A program made the position numbers and the translations under genes. This document shows positions 13,759-26,392 of a DNA stretch of 64,000 nt, piece after piece (positions within the stretch are counted from its first letter, which is position 1; each line of letters opens with the position of its first letter). Under the pieces are notes generated by a model, which did not search any database, was not told the DNA's origin, and saw nothing but the letters and a program-made list of their open reading frames with translations. The DNA lies in NCBI GenBank assembly GCA_030770535.1, contig JASVEC010000026.1, positions 186,001 to 250,000 on the forward strand, read 5' to 3'. Source of the DNA: Batkoa obscura (Eukaryota).

Positions 13759-14137
13759 TTAACGAATTTGCATTCTATCTAATAATTTGGATTGAGTATT
13801 AGTAACCTCAACAGTTCCTCTCAATCTTCCTCTTCTTTCTCCACTCATTCCAAAGTTAAGATGTTGTTTACCAGCCTGTCCACGCTTATGGCCGGTGCTT
13901 GTTTTTCTAAATCTATAAAATACTTTTGAGTTTTACTTTTTTTAATATTGTGGCGTGTCTTTACCTTTTAGCAGCTCCTTTATGAGTTTTTAATTTATAT
14001 CCCATATCTCTTACTTGTTGTAAATTTATAGGGTTAGTGAGTTTAATTGGATTTACTATGCTTTTTAAGAGTGATGCTAATGAGACATTAGCTAATGACT
14101 ATTTTGTGTTAGTTAAGTTATTACCTAGTTGAAACAT
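13759..14137 (-). CDS. Mitochondrial ribosomal protein bL35
   Basis: Spliced ORF: presequence-like N-terminus, then YKLKTHKGAAKRFRKTSTGHKRGQAGKQHLN, the L35 signature. Confidence 0.88.
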
Positions 14138-14409
14138 TTTTATTTTATTTTATTAAATAGTAAAATTCTAATTTATTTTTTCAATTATAAAAAGAAATGT
14201 TTAAAATTATTAAAGTTCAATCTTTGCAATAAAATTCAATGCGTAAATTATAAATTTAAAAAATTAATTTATTTATAAAAAAATATCTACAAAATCCCTA
14301 AAATAAAATAAAATAGTTAGTAAAATGGAAATAGAACAATGTATATATCAATTGTGTTATCTGTAAACCAAATTTTGTCATTAAAATAAACTAAAGCAGA
14401 TCATTGAAT

Positions 14410-15080
14410 TTAAATTGTTAAATTAATAAGCAGAATAATTGAGATTCTTGTGAAATGTATGCCCACCAATCCGCTTGAAAAGAGAAAACAAAACAAACCA
14501 ACAAAAAACAGAACAAAACCGTTAAGCCAAGTTATATCTTTAAATAATTTAATCTATTCGCTCATCACTGAGTATAGCTTAAACCAGTACCAAGCTTGGC
14601 AATTGAGCAAAAAAACAAAAAAACAAATAAAATAATCATTTCTAACACAATCGTAAAAAGATACAATGGTTATCCATAACATGGTTTAAAAGTTTCCCAT
14701 CTTAACCTTATTTTTGGCTCGCCTTTTACAATAGTTGATATTTATCTTGAGTCAACTACGGAGATAATAAGCCATAATCTCGATATTCTTTATCATCAAT
14801 TCAAAACTTAAACCAATATGTCTACTTTATTGTATTTATTTTTCAAACCTTTTACTTTTATTTCTTCATATTTTATTTTTTTGTATATTTGAATGGTACT
14901 TACTTTTGAATTCGATATTAATAATGTAATCCAAAGAATCTTTCTGCTTTTCATTTCCTCATTTATACAATTTTACATCGTGTTGGGATTAAACCAATCA
15001 AATTTAGTTTGGCTATCCAATTAAAATATAAAGAGTTTTCGTTTCCAAAAAGTGCAATAATTAAAAACTATTGATAATCT
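14410..15080 (-). pseudogene. Probable decayed DHHC palmitoyltransferase
   Basis: Minus strand near 14650-14684 reads MDNHCIF, then after a frameshift YDCV, followed by hydrophobic TM-like segments ending FSSGLVGIHFTRISIILLINLT; many stops and frameshifts. Boundaries approximate. Confidence 0.45.
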
Positions 15081-15391
15081 TTCTCCAACCAAGGCTTGAG
15101 GTTTGGGTCTTGGTGAGGCTAAAAAGAATGCATTGATTATTAAAGAGGATTAGTCTATCAAATTAATAAAGCTAAAATTGCCTGTTAAAGAATTCCACAA
15201 TTTTCATAGCTTCTGAGGTTCTATACTCAAGCTCTTTATATTCTTAAATAACCCTATTCCTCCATATAGGCGTGTAATAAAAATTATTTATAATAGTAAT
15301 AGTATGTATATCTATTCACTTGTAAATGATAAAACAGGATAATTAAGTATACTTGTATTACAATAAAATAAAGTTATTAAAATTTCAATAA

Positions 15392-16569
15392 TTAAAAATT
15401 TTTATACCAATCTAAAAACAATAATGTTGAAGAAGAAATGATAAAAAACCAAAGCATAAACCTTCTAGATTGTTGAGAATTACTAGTAGCTGATAATAAA
15501 GATGTATTTCCACGATCTAAATTATCTTGAGCTACATTAGCATCCTGATATAATTTTTCCGCTTCTTTGGCCTGGATTTCAATATGCGTTGCTAACGTCG
15601 TTTGCATACTTGATATTTCTTGAAGAGATTTTTCTGCTAGTCTAATAAAAAATGTGTTAAAATTATAATAAAATTAAAGTTAAACATTTAACTTACTCTA
15701 CTTCTTTTAAAGTGGATTCAAACTGTTCTAAAAGCGCACTATTTTCTTTTTCAAGTACCTGTAACTGAGTTTGATCCAATTCTAAAGTAGGTAATTTTTC
15801 TTCTTCTACGGACCTTATTGGAGGAGGTAGTTTAAGATCCTTTTGTTTTTTACCCCAAGGTAAATTAAAGGTATCCGATTGTTCATTTATGGAACTAGTT
15901 TTAAATGAAAAAGTTTCTTGCCTTTCTAATTCTCTAGATAATCGAATATGTTGTAAATTTTTAAAACTTTCAGTTACTTCTTTAATACATGAGTTAAGAT
16001 ACCAGATTATTGACTCCCTATGATCCCCTATAATATCCACTATTTTATTTCTTGAGCCATTCGTACTTAACCATTCCTCTGGTAACCACCTAGACAATAA
16101 CGATTTATCTTTCTTTATTACTTTTTTTTCAAAATCTCTCTTTCTTTCTTTTTTAGATTTAATATTAATATTAATTATTTTTAAACGTAATTACCTTGAT
16201 CTTTTTCTGCGAGTTTTAATATCAATGTTCCAGTTTTATTCAACGATATTTTTATATAAGCATCTAATTCATCCCTTTCTTTATCGCTCATTGGATTTAT
16301 TTTTGTTGGGGAGCTGCTATATTTCCTTACTAAATTTAAATAAGATGGTTCAACTTCAATTAATTGAACATTTAATTCTTCTAAATCTTCTAACTATAAT
16401 AACAATAATTAACAAACAAGCTATTACACAAGGTATTACTTACAATTCGATAAGCCTCGTTGATAAAATTATCACTCTTCAAACTGGGTTCATGTTTCTT
16501 CTTTTCGACTTTTATCTCCTTTTTATAGTTGTTTATTAATTCTTTATACTCTTTAGTCAGATCGGTCAT
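15392..16569 (-). CDS. UFE1: ER t-SNARE syntaxin-18/Ufe1
   Basis: MTDLTKEYK N-terminus, FINEAYRI, QLQVLEKEN, Qa-SNARE helix (QTTLATHIEIQ...GNTSL) and C-terminal TM ending LLFLDWY; four exons. Confidence 0.9.
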
Positions 16570-17748
16570 GTTAAAATTAAGTAAAAAAATAAAGTTTACT
16601 TTGTTATATTTTTTAGGATGAGCCAATTATAGTGAAATGATGACAATTTGTGTAATTATTTGTAGCTGTTTATAAAATATTTTTAATGTTTTATTAAAAA
16701 AGGCACTGTGGAAATATTTAATGCCCAAGAGTCATTACGAAATATTAATTTAAATTCTCAATCGTATATGTATAAATAAATATTAAGAGCAGTCCTTACT
16801 ATAACATAATGTGACTTTCTATACGGCATTTATGGATACTATTTAAAGAAGAATAAATTGAAATAAAATTAAAATAACACGACTATAATTTTACTATTAC
16901 TAAAGAGCTTTTATTCAAACTAATATAGTATATAGATAAGTTTACTATATAAACTTTTTTGAAATGGAGCTTATAGCAACTTTATGTTTACATAATGTTT
17001 TTTGCTTCGATTTTCAAAGTATCGGATAATTTTAAGCTTAGTATAAGTAATAATCTTATATCATCAATAATATCACCTTATCACTTTAATGTATTTAAAC
17101 TGCGAAAATGCAATTATGATTCTATTTAATATAGAACCTTTATAAATGTTCTATATGCTAAGTATGAATGCTACTATTTAACCACTATTATTATTAAATA
17201 AAACAAAGAATATGAGAGCAGATACTATTTTTTTATTAATTTAATATTTTAAAAAATAAAATTTTAAAACAAATTCTCCAAAGTATTTAAAAATTGTACT
17301 TTATCATTATAAAATGACCCTTACTGCAATATATTGCGAAAGCCATGGAGCTATATTTTCCCACTTGATGATATTCTAAAAAGGGGGACCAATTAAATTG
17401 AAACTATCTTTTGAAACTGAAGTTATGACCCTTTTTCTGAAAATAGCAATTACTTGATTTGTAAATAAAAAAATAGATATCAATCATACCTATCAACAAC
17501 TACTTTCACTTTTCTTTCCTTTAAATTTTAAAATTATTTAAAAAATTTCGATTTTTTTTACTTTGATTTTTTTGATTTTTGTTTTGTTTTCATTCTTCGT
17601 TTGGGCAATTTCATTTACCACTATCAACCCAACTTATTCTCAACCTTATTATATTATAGTACTAATACAATTAAATCGATTATACTTATAACTACACGCC
17701 TAAACATCAACCTAACCGGACTTGAACTATTATTCGATTTAACCAACA

Positions 17749-18646
17749 ATGAGCGAAGCATCCGTACCATCTCGACATTCAACGATTGATTCTAGTTTGA
17801 CGATCAACAAAGAGGTGAGAACAAGTACGTCCTCGAGTACCAAAAGGAGGGTGGAATCTGTCACAAAGAAACTACCACGACTTTCATTAAATTCGGCGAA
17901 ATATCTAGGACCAGGCTATAGTACATCGTCAACACCATATAAAATCAATTCAAGGCCTTCTAGTTGTTTTGATTCTACTATTGGTTCCTCGAAGATGATA
18001 TCTCCAATGAAAAAAAATCGAAAACCAAGGAATATTTCTTCAAGAGATGAAAGAAGAATGTTTTTAAGTGAACAACCATTAAAACGTGCAAAGATACATC
18101 AAAGCTTGCTTAGATCTAAACAGGAAGATAAGAAGCTTGAATTAGTAAACAATAGTGTACTAGAAATATTGAAACAAGCTGAGGAAGGGAATAAAGTAAA
18201 TAATTTATAGTTGATTGATATTTAGCTTACATCTATTTAATTAGAAACGGAAAAAAGAAGTTTTAGCTCCTTACCTCCAGGTTATACCCGAAAGTTCTTC
18301 TGTTGAAGATAATCTAGTAAGTTTATATTTATCAACTTACTATTTTATACTAACTTAACTTTATTAGAATTCTTTAGAAGGTCAAGTTCTTTCTAGTACC
18401 CCACCACCGGAAAGAAAAGAAGAATTTCCACTATTAAGTGAAAAGAGCGGTTCCGAATGTATTGATAAGAAAGATCAAGAAACTGATAAGACAGAGAAAC
18501 CGAGTAATAAATACAGCTTACCATTTAAACTGAAAAGAAAACCATCTAGTGGGAATAAAAATTCTAAAGCTAAGAAGTTAGGTTATACGGCACTTGATAT
18601 CATTCGACAAACGTTTCAAAGGAAACCACGAGATCCTAAAACTTAA
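17749..18646 (+). CDS. Hypothetical Ser/Lys-rich protein (3 exons)
   Basis: 153-aa ORF extends in frame through short GT-AG introns (18196-18244 and about 18317-18367) to TAA at 18644-18646; no family recognised. Confidence 0.6.
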
Positions 18647-19160
18647 TTCACTAATCTTTAAATTTTGATATTATTATTGTTTTTGCTTTTACTTTTTGTT
18701 TTTTCTATACTGATTTTTATGAATAAAAGTTTTCATATTTATGTAATTTAAAATATTTGAATTGTATAGTTTAAAAAAGTGAGTTTTTTTTTTTCTTACA
18801 TTAAATGTTTTAATAAGTGACCTTAATTCTAGTTAGTCAATGTCGTTTAGCTTGCATCACTTGTTCCAGTTTCATGATATCAGAATAAGTTATCATAATA
18901 TTACTAAGAAATTCAATTTTAATAAGAAAGATTATTCCGCATATTAAATTGTAATTTTATAAATTTCTAAATATATAAAAAAAGTTTAAGCTAATAGCCT
19001 ATTTAGTGTAATAAATTCAAAGGCCGTTTAGCTTGATTAAAGATTTTAAGTTGAAGGAGGTAACGTTTTTAAAAAGGAGGAGGGAAAATTAATTTTAATT
19101 CTTTATGATCAAACTCTTATTTTTAATATCAAATAGTAATCATGCTTTTAATTATTATTG

Positions 19161-19223
19161 CTGATTATTTTATTGAGTGTATAGAACTGATTATTTTATT
19201 GAATGTATAAAGCTGATTATTTC
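19161..19223. repeat. 26-bp tandem repeat, about 2.4 copies
   Basis: Unit ctgattattttattgagtgtatagaa repeated with few substitutions. Confidence 0.7.
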
Positions 19224-20234
19224 TATCTTCAACTTTAACTATTAGAAGTTTGTAGATATTAATGAATAGATTTTTACAACGAATATAGCTTGATTTTATT
19301 TTATTTCTAGTTTTATCACCTTTTGATATTTGATATCTTTATCTTAGATATGTACGGTTGTTTAATTATTCAATATGTCATAAAAATAAAACAAATGAAG
19401 GATAAAGAAACCAGAGTGTTTATATCCGATTCGACAGTTAATAATAATATGATAGTTAGTAGCTTTTAATCATATGGAAAAAATTATATGATATATAGAG
19501 TTTAATTTACTATAATTATTGAAAACAATAACGTTAACATTATTTTTCATTGAAAATTAAATACTAAAATATTAATTTATTTATTATATCTTTATAATAA
19601 ATATTATATAATTGATTTTAAATATGATTTTTTATAGAAATGTTTAACTTGTAAGTAACTGTATCTGATAAAAACCACTATTATAATGTTTATAAATGAT
19701 AAAATATTAATCAAAAATGGTACACAAGTATTACAAAAGAAAGAATTCAATTGCATTTTTATTGATTTTTATTAAAGGTTGTTTTAATTATAAAATATAT
19801 AATTTTATATCAAAAATAAGTATTTATTTAGTTTATCATTTATTCGTTCTATAGTCCACAAACCATTACTTAATTATATCACTATCTTAAATAGTTTTTA
19901 TTTCTTGAAAGTAACATTAATATTAATAATCAGTTTTATTTATTGTTATAATAATTGTTATTTATCATTTTTAGTTTTTAATCGTGAGATTAAGAGCGAA
20001 AGTTAAAGGTAACGAAAAGCATTTATAGATTGAGTTGAGGGTTGAGGAATTTTGTTATTTTTAATTTATTATAGAAATTTAACTCAAAAATCAATTATTA
20101 GTTTCTGAAAAAAAGTAATTACATTATTTTAATCAATTGTAGCCTATTATTTCAACTTTGATTTGTTCTATATTTTACTTTTTTAAAAAGATAACATTAA
20201 AAAATAAAATAGATAATCCAATTTTCATCATTCT

Positions 20235-20887
20235 GTTTTATTTTAATTTATTATCAAATCTTTTAATAGAGGCAATCTTGAAGTTATTAGATCTAGTTGA
20301 GTTACTTGAGTTACGTTTCTTAAACAAATGTTTGTTTAATATAACTAAGATGATTCAATTCAATTTAATTCAATTCAATTCAATTTATTCAATTTGTAAT
20401 GAGGAAGAAAATAAACAATATCGATATTATTAGAAGGAATTTATCAAAGAAAATCGACCATTAATGAAACATATCAATATAAGTAAATATACTATTGATT
20501 TTTTAAATTATTGCCCAAATTTAATATATGGGAATGTATTTTTGTGTTTAAGAATTTTACTAACAATCTTTCCATTTGAATAGCGCTTAAAAGATGGAAA
20601 AAGTGATGAAACCAAAAAACATCTCCAATACAATATTCTATAAATTAGATTCATATAGTGATGAAAAATTCAATAATAAAAATAATGTATTTACTAACTT
20701 TTTATTCTTGTTTTCAAACTTTGAGATATTTTAATTAAAACTATTTATTTACTAAATTTAATATCAAATACAAATAATGATCCTGCCCTTATCATTCCAT
20801 TACTACTCATTATAGATATTAAATATAAGATTCTGTTTTTTATAATCAATTAAAAAAGAATTCGATGTTAAGTTGGATACAGCTATA
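20235..20887 (+). pseudogene. Decayed F-box/LRR-family paralog (internally deleted, MITE-interrupted)
   Basis: FNLLSNLLIEAILKLLDLVELLELRFLNK and FIKENRPLMKHINI...NYCPNL match the array at 38-56 kb; in-frame stop, (ATTCA)n insertion; ends NSMLSWIQL*. Confidence 0.85.
20530..20626 (+). mobile_element. ~97-bp MITE copy 2
   Basis: Matches consensus; left flank ATAT; lies inside the F-box relic. Confidence 0.9.
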
Positions 20888-21160
20888 ATAGAAGAATTCA
20901 TTAGAATTAATAATAATAAATTCTATTTTAAAAGTCTTTTAGTTTTGTTTTTTAAAACTTGTTATTGTATCTTATACCTTTTTTTATTTTTTTATTTTGT
21001 ATGTTAAAAAAGATTTTAACTTATAAAAAATAAACGACATGAATACTGTAACAAAATTATACTTATTCTCAACTAATAAATAAAAAGCAAAAACAACAAT
21101 ATTAACCTTAAATTTCAATTGAATATTTAATACTAAAAGAAAAATAGTTTATTAAACCTA

Positions 21161-22605
21161 TTATAAGTCAGAATTTACATGTTCATCCACTATTTTGTTT
21201 TCCAAACTTACATCACTATTTTGATTGACCTCTGCTTTTTCATCATTAAGTTCAAGTTGATTAAGACTTTGATTAATTTGTTCTACACTAGCAGTTGTAT
21301 CTACAGCTTGTTTGATAGGATTCATTTCAACACTTTGTAATGGTTCAATTTCAACTTCTTCAGTTGCTTCTTGTTTTTCTTCAACTTCTGTTTTAGGTTC
21401 TTCTTTCGTTTCCAGATTTTTATTGTTATCAACTAAATTGGTATTAATCTCTTCTTTGACTTCATTCAAAATGCTTGAAATCAAAGTTTCAGTATTGGAT
21501 TCTTCTTGAGGTTTATCTGATGAAGTGCTTGGGACCAAAATTTCCTTAATTGATAGTTCTTGAGGCTCAACTAATGAAGCTCTTGGGGCTGAACTATTAT
21601 TATCTTGTATATTAACATCGTTTTCTTTTTCTACTATCTCTGTTGGAATAGTTTGGGTTGTATTTTCAGGAGCAGGATCTAAATTACTATTATCTTTATT
21701 ATCCGGATGAGGTTGATTAATAGCATTTTCATTTTGATTTAAATTCTCATTTTGCTGCTCGGGTAATTTAATAGGAACTCGATGTAATAAACCAGACGCA
21801 ACACCACAACCTAATAAACCCTCACCACCCCAATCTCTTTTAGGTAAGATAACTACTTCTCTGCAATTATCCCAAACCTGATTATAAACTAATAATGATA
21901 ATAATTTGCCTTCATGTTCTTCAATTAAATCATAAAAATCATTTTCATCTTCCAAACTACGATATTCACAACCAACAATATAATCACTATGAGCCTGTAA
22001 CCCGGCTCGATCAGCTGGGGATCTAGGGTGAATATCCTATGGTGAAAAAATGATTAGCGAGATTTATTTAGGTGATAATCGTGAATTACCAATATGTGCC
22101 ACACGCAGCTTAAGCCTTTCTCAACGCTTGAGTATCTTACGCTACAACCTTTAATCCTAATTTAGATATTTGAAATGAACCAACTTAAACTAATTACCTA
22201 ATAAACCATCTTTTGGGTTTGGTGACCAAGTATTTGTAGGATTTAAAATTAATTCTGCCAATTTATTAATCTAAAATTCAAATTGAAAAAATTGAAATAC
22301 TTACCTCGAATACTACGGGTTTTTAAAGAAAAAACACTTAATTTAACATCTTGATTTGCAAACCTTGAAATATAAATAGCAAAATCTTTTAAAGTAGTGA
22401 TCGTTGTTTGATCATTAATTGATATAATAAAATCAAAATAAGGGTTTAATCCTGCTTTTTCTGCGGGTGAATTGGGTTTAACCTGGTTATTAAATTAGCT
22501 TTGATTATTGTTGTAATGTTATTCGCTTACTTTTAATACATGGAAACCGTTATAATCCGAAAGATCTTGGTCAGATTGATTTTCAAGTGATTGATTATTT
22601 CCCAT
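21161..22605 (-). CDS. GRH1: GRASP55/65 homolog
   Basis: MGNNQS...GFHVLKV.PNSPAEKAGLNPYFDFII, WHILDIHPRSPADRAGL, DWGGEGLLGCGVASGLLHRVP; acidic low-complexity tail; several short introns. Confidence 0.93.
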
Positions 22606-22796
22606 TTTATTTTTATAAAAAAATAAAGAATTTTGATGACATGAGTAAGAATTAAATAAGCATAATTAACTTAAAATTTGCAATTCTCTTGGTTAATTTA
22701 TTCAATAAATTGAAATTTAAAAAATTAAAATTTAACAAAAGTGCTAAAATTTGATAAAAAAGTTTATTGATAAAAAAGATTTATTGGCAAAAAAAA

Positions 22797-24220
22797 TTAA
22801 AATCTCAAATAACCTTTAGAATAAAGATAATAAACTAATAAACCAAACCAAAGGAGAGCAACAATAACATTATTATAATTGGCACTTGTTGTATTTACAT
22901 CCTTAGTTTCAACTACAGTTGTTTGTTTACTTTTTTCATTTACATTACTGGTACCGCTACTACCTAAAAAAAACATTTTAATAAACATTTCTATACTAAT
23001 TTAATTACTCAATTTACCTGTATATTTCATAGCCAATTTAGAAGAAGAAGTAACATTCTTCTTACGTTTACTAGTATCTTCATTATCTTCTAATCCTTCA
23101 CCAAATTCATCAAAAATACCAATATTTAATTTAAATACCATCCTAGAAGCTTCAATAATCTCAGCTAAAAATACATATTACTAAATGATTCATAAATATT
23201 GAGCTTGTCCTTACCTTTCATCTGATCATCAACACGAATAGCGTTTAATCGTCCAAGATAAAACTCTCTAAAATCCGCTAAATCGGTAATATTTTCAAAG
23301 CGATAAAAAGCGGTGCCTCGTTCATCTTTAAGACTGAAATTACGTTTTAATTTTCTAGAAATAACTTGACCACCTATGATAAAATGAATTAGTATTAACT
23401 TTTAATAATAATCTTATTACATACCAAACATATCCCCTAAATAACGAGTAAACGCATGAGAAATAAGTTGATGGGGTGCATTTTTAGCACAATCACGAAT
23501 ATGATCCATATATACTTTGGTAGCTTTGGTAGGTTGCGCATTTTCCTTCCAGTTAGGACCTAAAAAGAATTCTAAATCTTCTAATAAAGATGGAATTCGA
23601 TTCACTTGTCTTGGAAAATGAACTAAACCAACAATAGGATGAGTACGAAATTTAATCGTTTCTTCTTCCATCGTTGAATAAATAAAGTATAAACACATTA
23701 GAAATTTTGCATATGTATCGCTACTAATCTTGCCCTTAATTAAATGTCTATCATTGTATTGTTATTAATATAAATTTAATAAAAATAAAAATTAGCATTA
23801 CTTGATAAATATACATCTTTCTGCTTCAGCATGAACATCCAAAGTATCTTCCAACATTTTATTAGATAATGTTTGAGTCCCCGATTCCAAAGGTTCAATA
23901 AATAATTCATTACGAATGGATTTGACAAATTCAATAATAGAAAATCCATCCATACAACTTAATTCTTTTTCATTTTCTCCAGGTGCAAAAGCAGGACATA
24001 ATTTATGATCTTTTGGTATCTCTTTAACTAATAATTCAATTTCTTCTGGATTTTTGCCACTGAATGGACAACCTTCTTTAAATGCTGGACATTGTCCAAC
24101 TAAATCTGAAGTTAATCGACCATGTGGATTTGAAAATGGACAACCATGATGAAACGCTGGACATTTTACATTAAGACTTTCAAGCGTTTCTTGTACTTTT
24201 ACATAATCCGATTCTTGCAT
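22797..24220 (-). CDS. Heme oxygenase with N-terminal Cys-Pro repeats and C-terminal membrane anchor
   Basis: Proximal His in HAEAE; HAFTRYLGDMFGGQ; GTAFYRFENI; F.LNI.IF; C-terminal TM; four introns. Confidence 0.9.
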
Positions 24221-24655
24221 TGTTTTGTTAACTCTTTTTTAAAAAAAAATGTTTGCTTTCGTTGACTGTATTTATATATATTTTTTATCTAATCTGATAA
24301 AACATTTTCAATTTTTGATTATTTTTATAGTTGTTATTTTAACAACACCCTTAAATAAAAGTGGGAGAGTAAAAAGTGATTCGTTTTAAGTAAAAGTCTT
24401 AGCTTCATCTCAGCCAATAATTCCCAATTTATTTTATAATGATCTTCATTAAATTATATTTATAAAATTGTTGTTTTATTAAGTCATAAGGTAAAACTTC
24501 AAGCACCGATTGAATTTGTATGGTTTTAATTTTAAAATTAAAAAGTGATGACATTACCGAAGTAATAAAATAACATTTAACAATAATAATAAAATAGTAA
24601 ACATTAACAATATTAAATAGAAAAAATAGATTTAAAAATGACTGGAATTTATTTA

Positions 24656-26392
24656 CTATCGAATCGATGTCTCCTTTTTGTTCAAATAAAAAATAAAACA
24701 AAATAAATTGAACCTTTCTTCCTCATCTTTAACCTCACTCAAATTGCTTTCATCCATGGAATCAAACTTTAATTTATTATCTAAATATAAAATATTAATA
24801 CAAAAAAGTTAATGATAAAAGATACACACCTTGATTTAATTCTAATAAACTGTTCAAGTTATAATAATATCTCTTCCATATTTCATTTGGAGACTTTAAT
24901 CTTTCAAAACTAGCAATTGATTGAAATATTTTATTTTCAAGTGTCATTAAGAATAAGCCTAATAGTATATATAGTGCATGAAAGACTATATTATTAGCAT
25001 AAGTATCGAATAAATTGACAGCACTATTTATCTTTTTATCGCTATGAATAGGGAGCAATAGCTGCGAATTGTTTAAATTTCCAACTTCTTGTGAATTAGA
25101 AGAATTCAGTTGAATTTGTTTTTTTAACATCCATTTCCTTGTATTACTAATAAATGATAAACTATGACTTTGAATAAAATTCAAGCTAAGTTCATTTTTA
25201 GATGTCAATGCTTCAAGTTGAACAAACCGATTCCAATACACTAAGAATACATCAAGTTTACTACATTTCCAACAACCTCGCATATACGTTGAAGCTAAAA
25301 TTGGTAGTGTATCTTGGTTGATTTTTGTTTCTAAAATGAGTCCAGTAAATAATTCATAACCATAAAAATCAAAGGTTAAATCATCTTTTACAGTTGTGAT
25401 GTTGTTTAATATAGTGCTTGAATTAGGGTATTTGGGGGATACAGGTAAGTTTAAATGAATTTTTAGATTAAATGTTTCGCTTAACTTTAAGAAATAAGCT
25501 TCAATTAACTTATAACAATAACTAGAATAATAGTATTATTTTTATGTTGTTTTATAAATGTATTTAATAATATACCTTTCAATGAAATCTGGATCTTTAT
25601 AAAGCAAAGAATTAACTCTTGGTGTAGGCCTTTGAAATATTGTCATTTTTTTGAAATAATGGAGCTTAAAAGCTTCATATAAAATACGAGGCATTGTTAG
25701 CAAAGCATGGTATGAAAAATAAACCAAACAATAACTTAAATTTTTATAAGTAAATTCAAGACTTTCGTTACTACTCACTTTAGCCATAAATTTCTTATTT
25801 TTGTTGCTATCAATTAACCTCAATCTTACATATAGTTTGTTACTCTTGATAATATCTTTGTACTCTGTTTCATAAATTCCTTTCCGATCATTAAATGGAG
25901 ATACATGGAAATCGCGATTAATTATAGCTTTATTGTTATCATTTTCTTTTAATATATAAATATGTCTTTCCCCAAAGGTATTGTTAACTTCATAAACTAC
26001 TTTTTGTAACTTTAAGTCAGTATCATAACAAAAATAAAAAGAAACTGGATTAAAAGAATAGCCAAGTACTCTTGGTGTTGTTACGAAGATTATTCTGTGA
26101 TACTTTGGTGAATATCCTAACTAAAATGGAATAAGAAATAACAAAAGAATACGAATAAACTTACCTTATCTTTTAAATACTTTAAGAAATTTTTCTTAAT
26201 ACTATAATTATTGTTAGTGAAGTAATCTTTATCATAAATTGAAAATAGACTAAATTGATTATATTTAAACATATTATTTTGTTGAATGTTATTCAAATCT
26301 ATAGCAAAATAAAATACATTATACTTAAAATCATGTTGAACAGGTAGATACCGCTGATGGGTTGTTTCCCCTAATAGTATTGTTTGCTCCAT
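24656..26392 (-). CDS. DUF1365-domain protein with C-terminal extension
   Basis: HQRYLPVQHDFKYNVFY, TTPRVLGYSFNPVSFYFCYD, EVNNTFGERHIY, DFHVSPFN, PRILYEAFKLHY are DUF1365 motifs; the ORF continues through short introns. Confidence 0.85.

Noticed and set aside
14425..14830. Possible ncRNA (RNase P/MRP, H/ACA snoRNA such as snR30, or telomerase RNA) suggested by hairpins, AAACCAT and ATTTTTGG
   Set aside because: No convincing P4 pairing or snR30 m1 motif; a decayed DHHC coding sequence explains the region better. An Infernal/Rfam scan would settle it.
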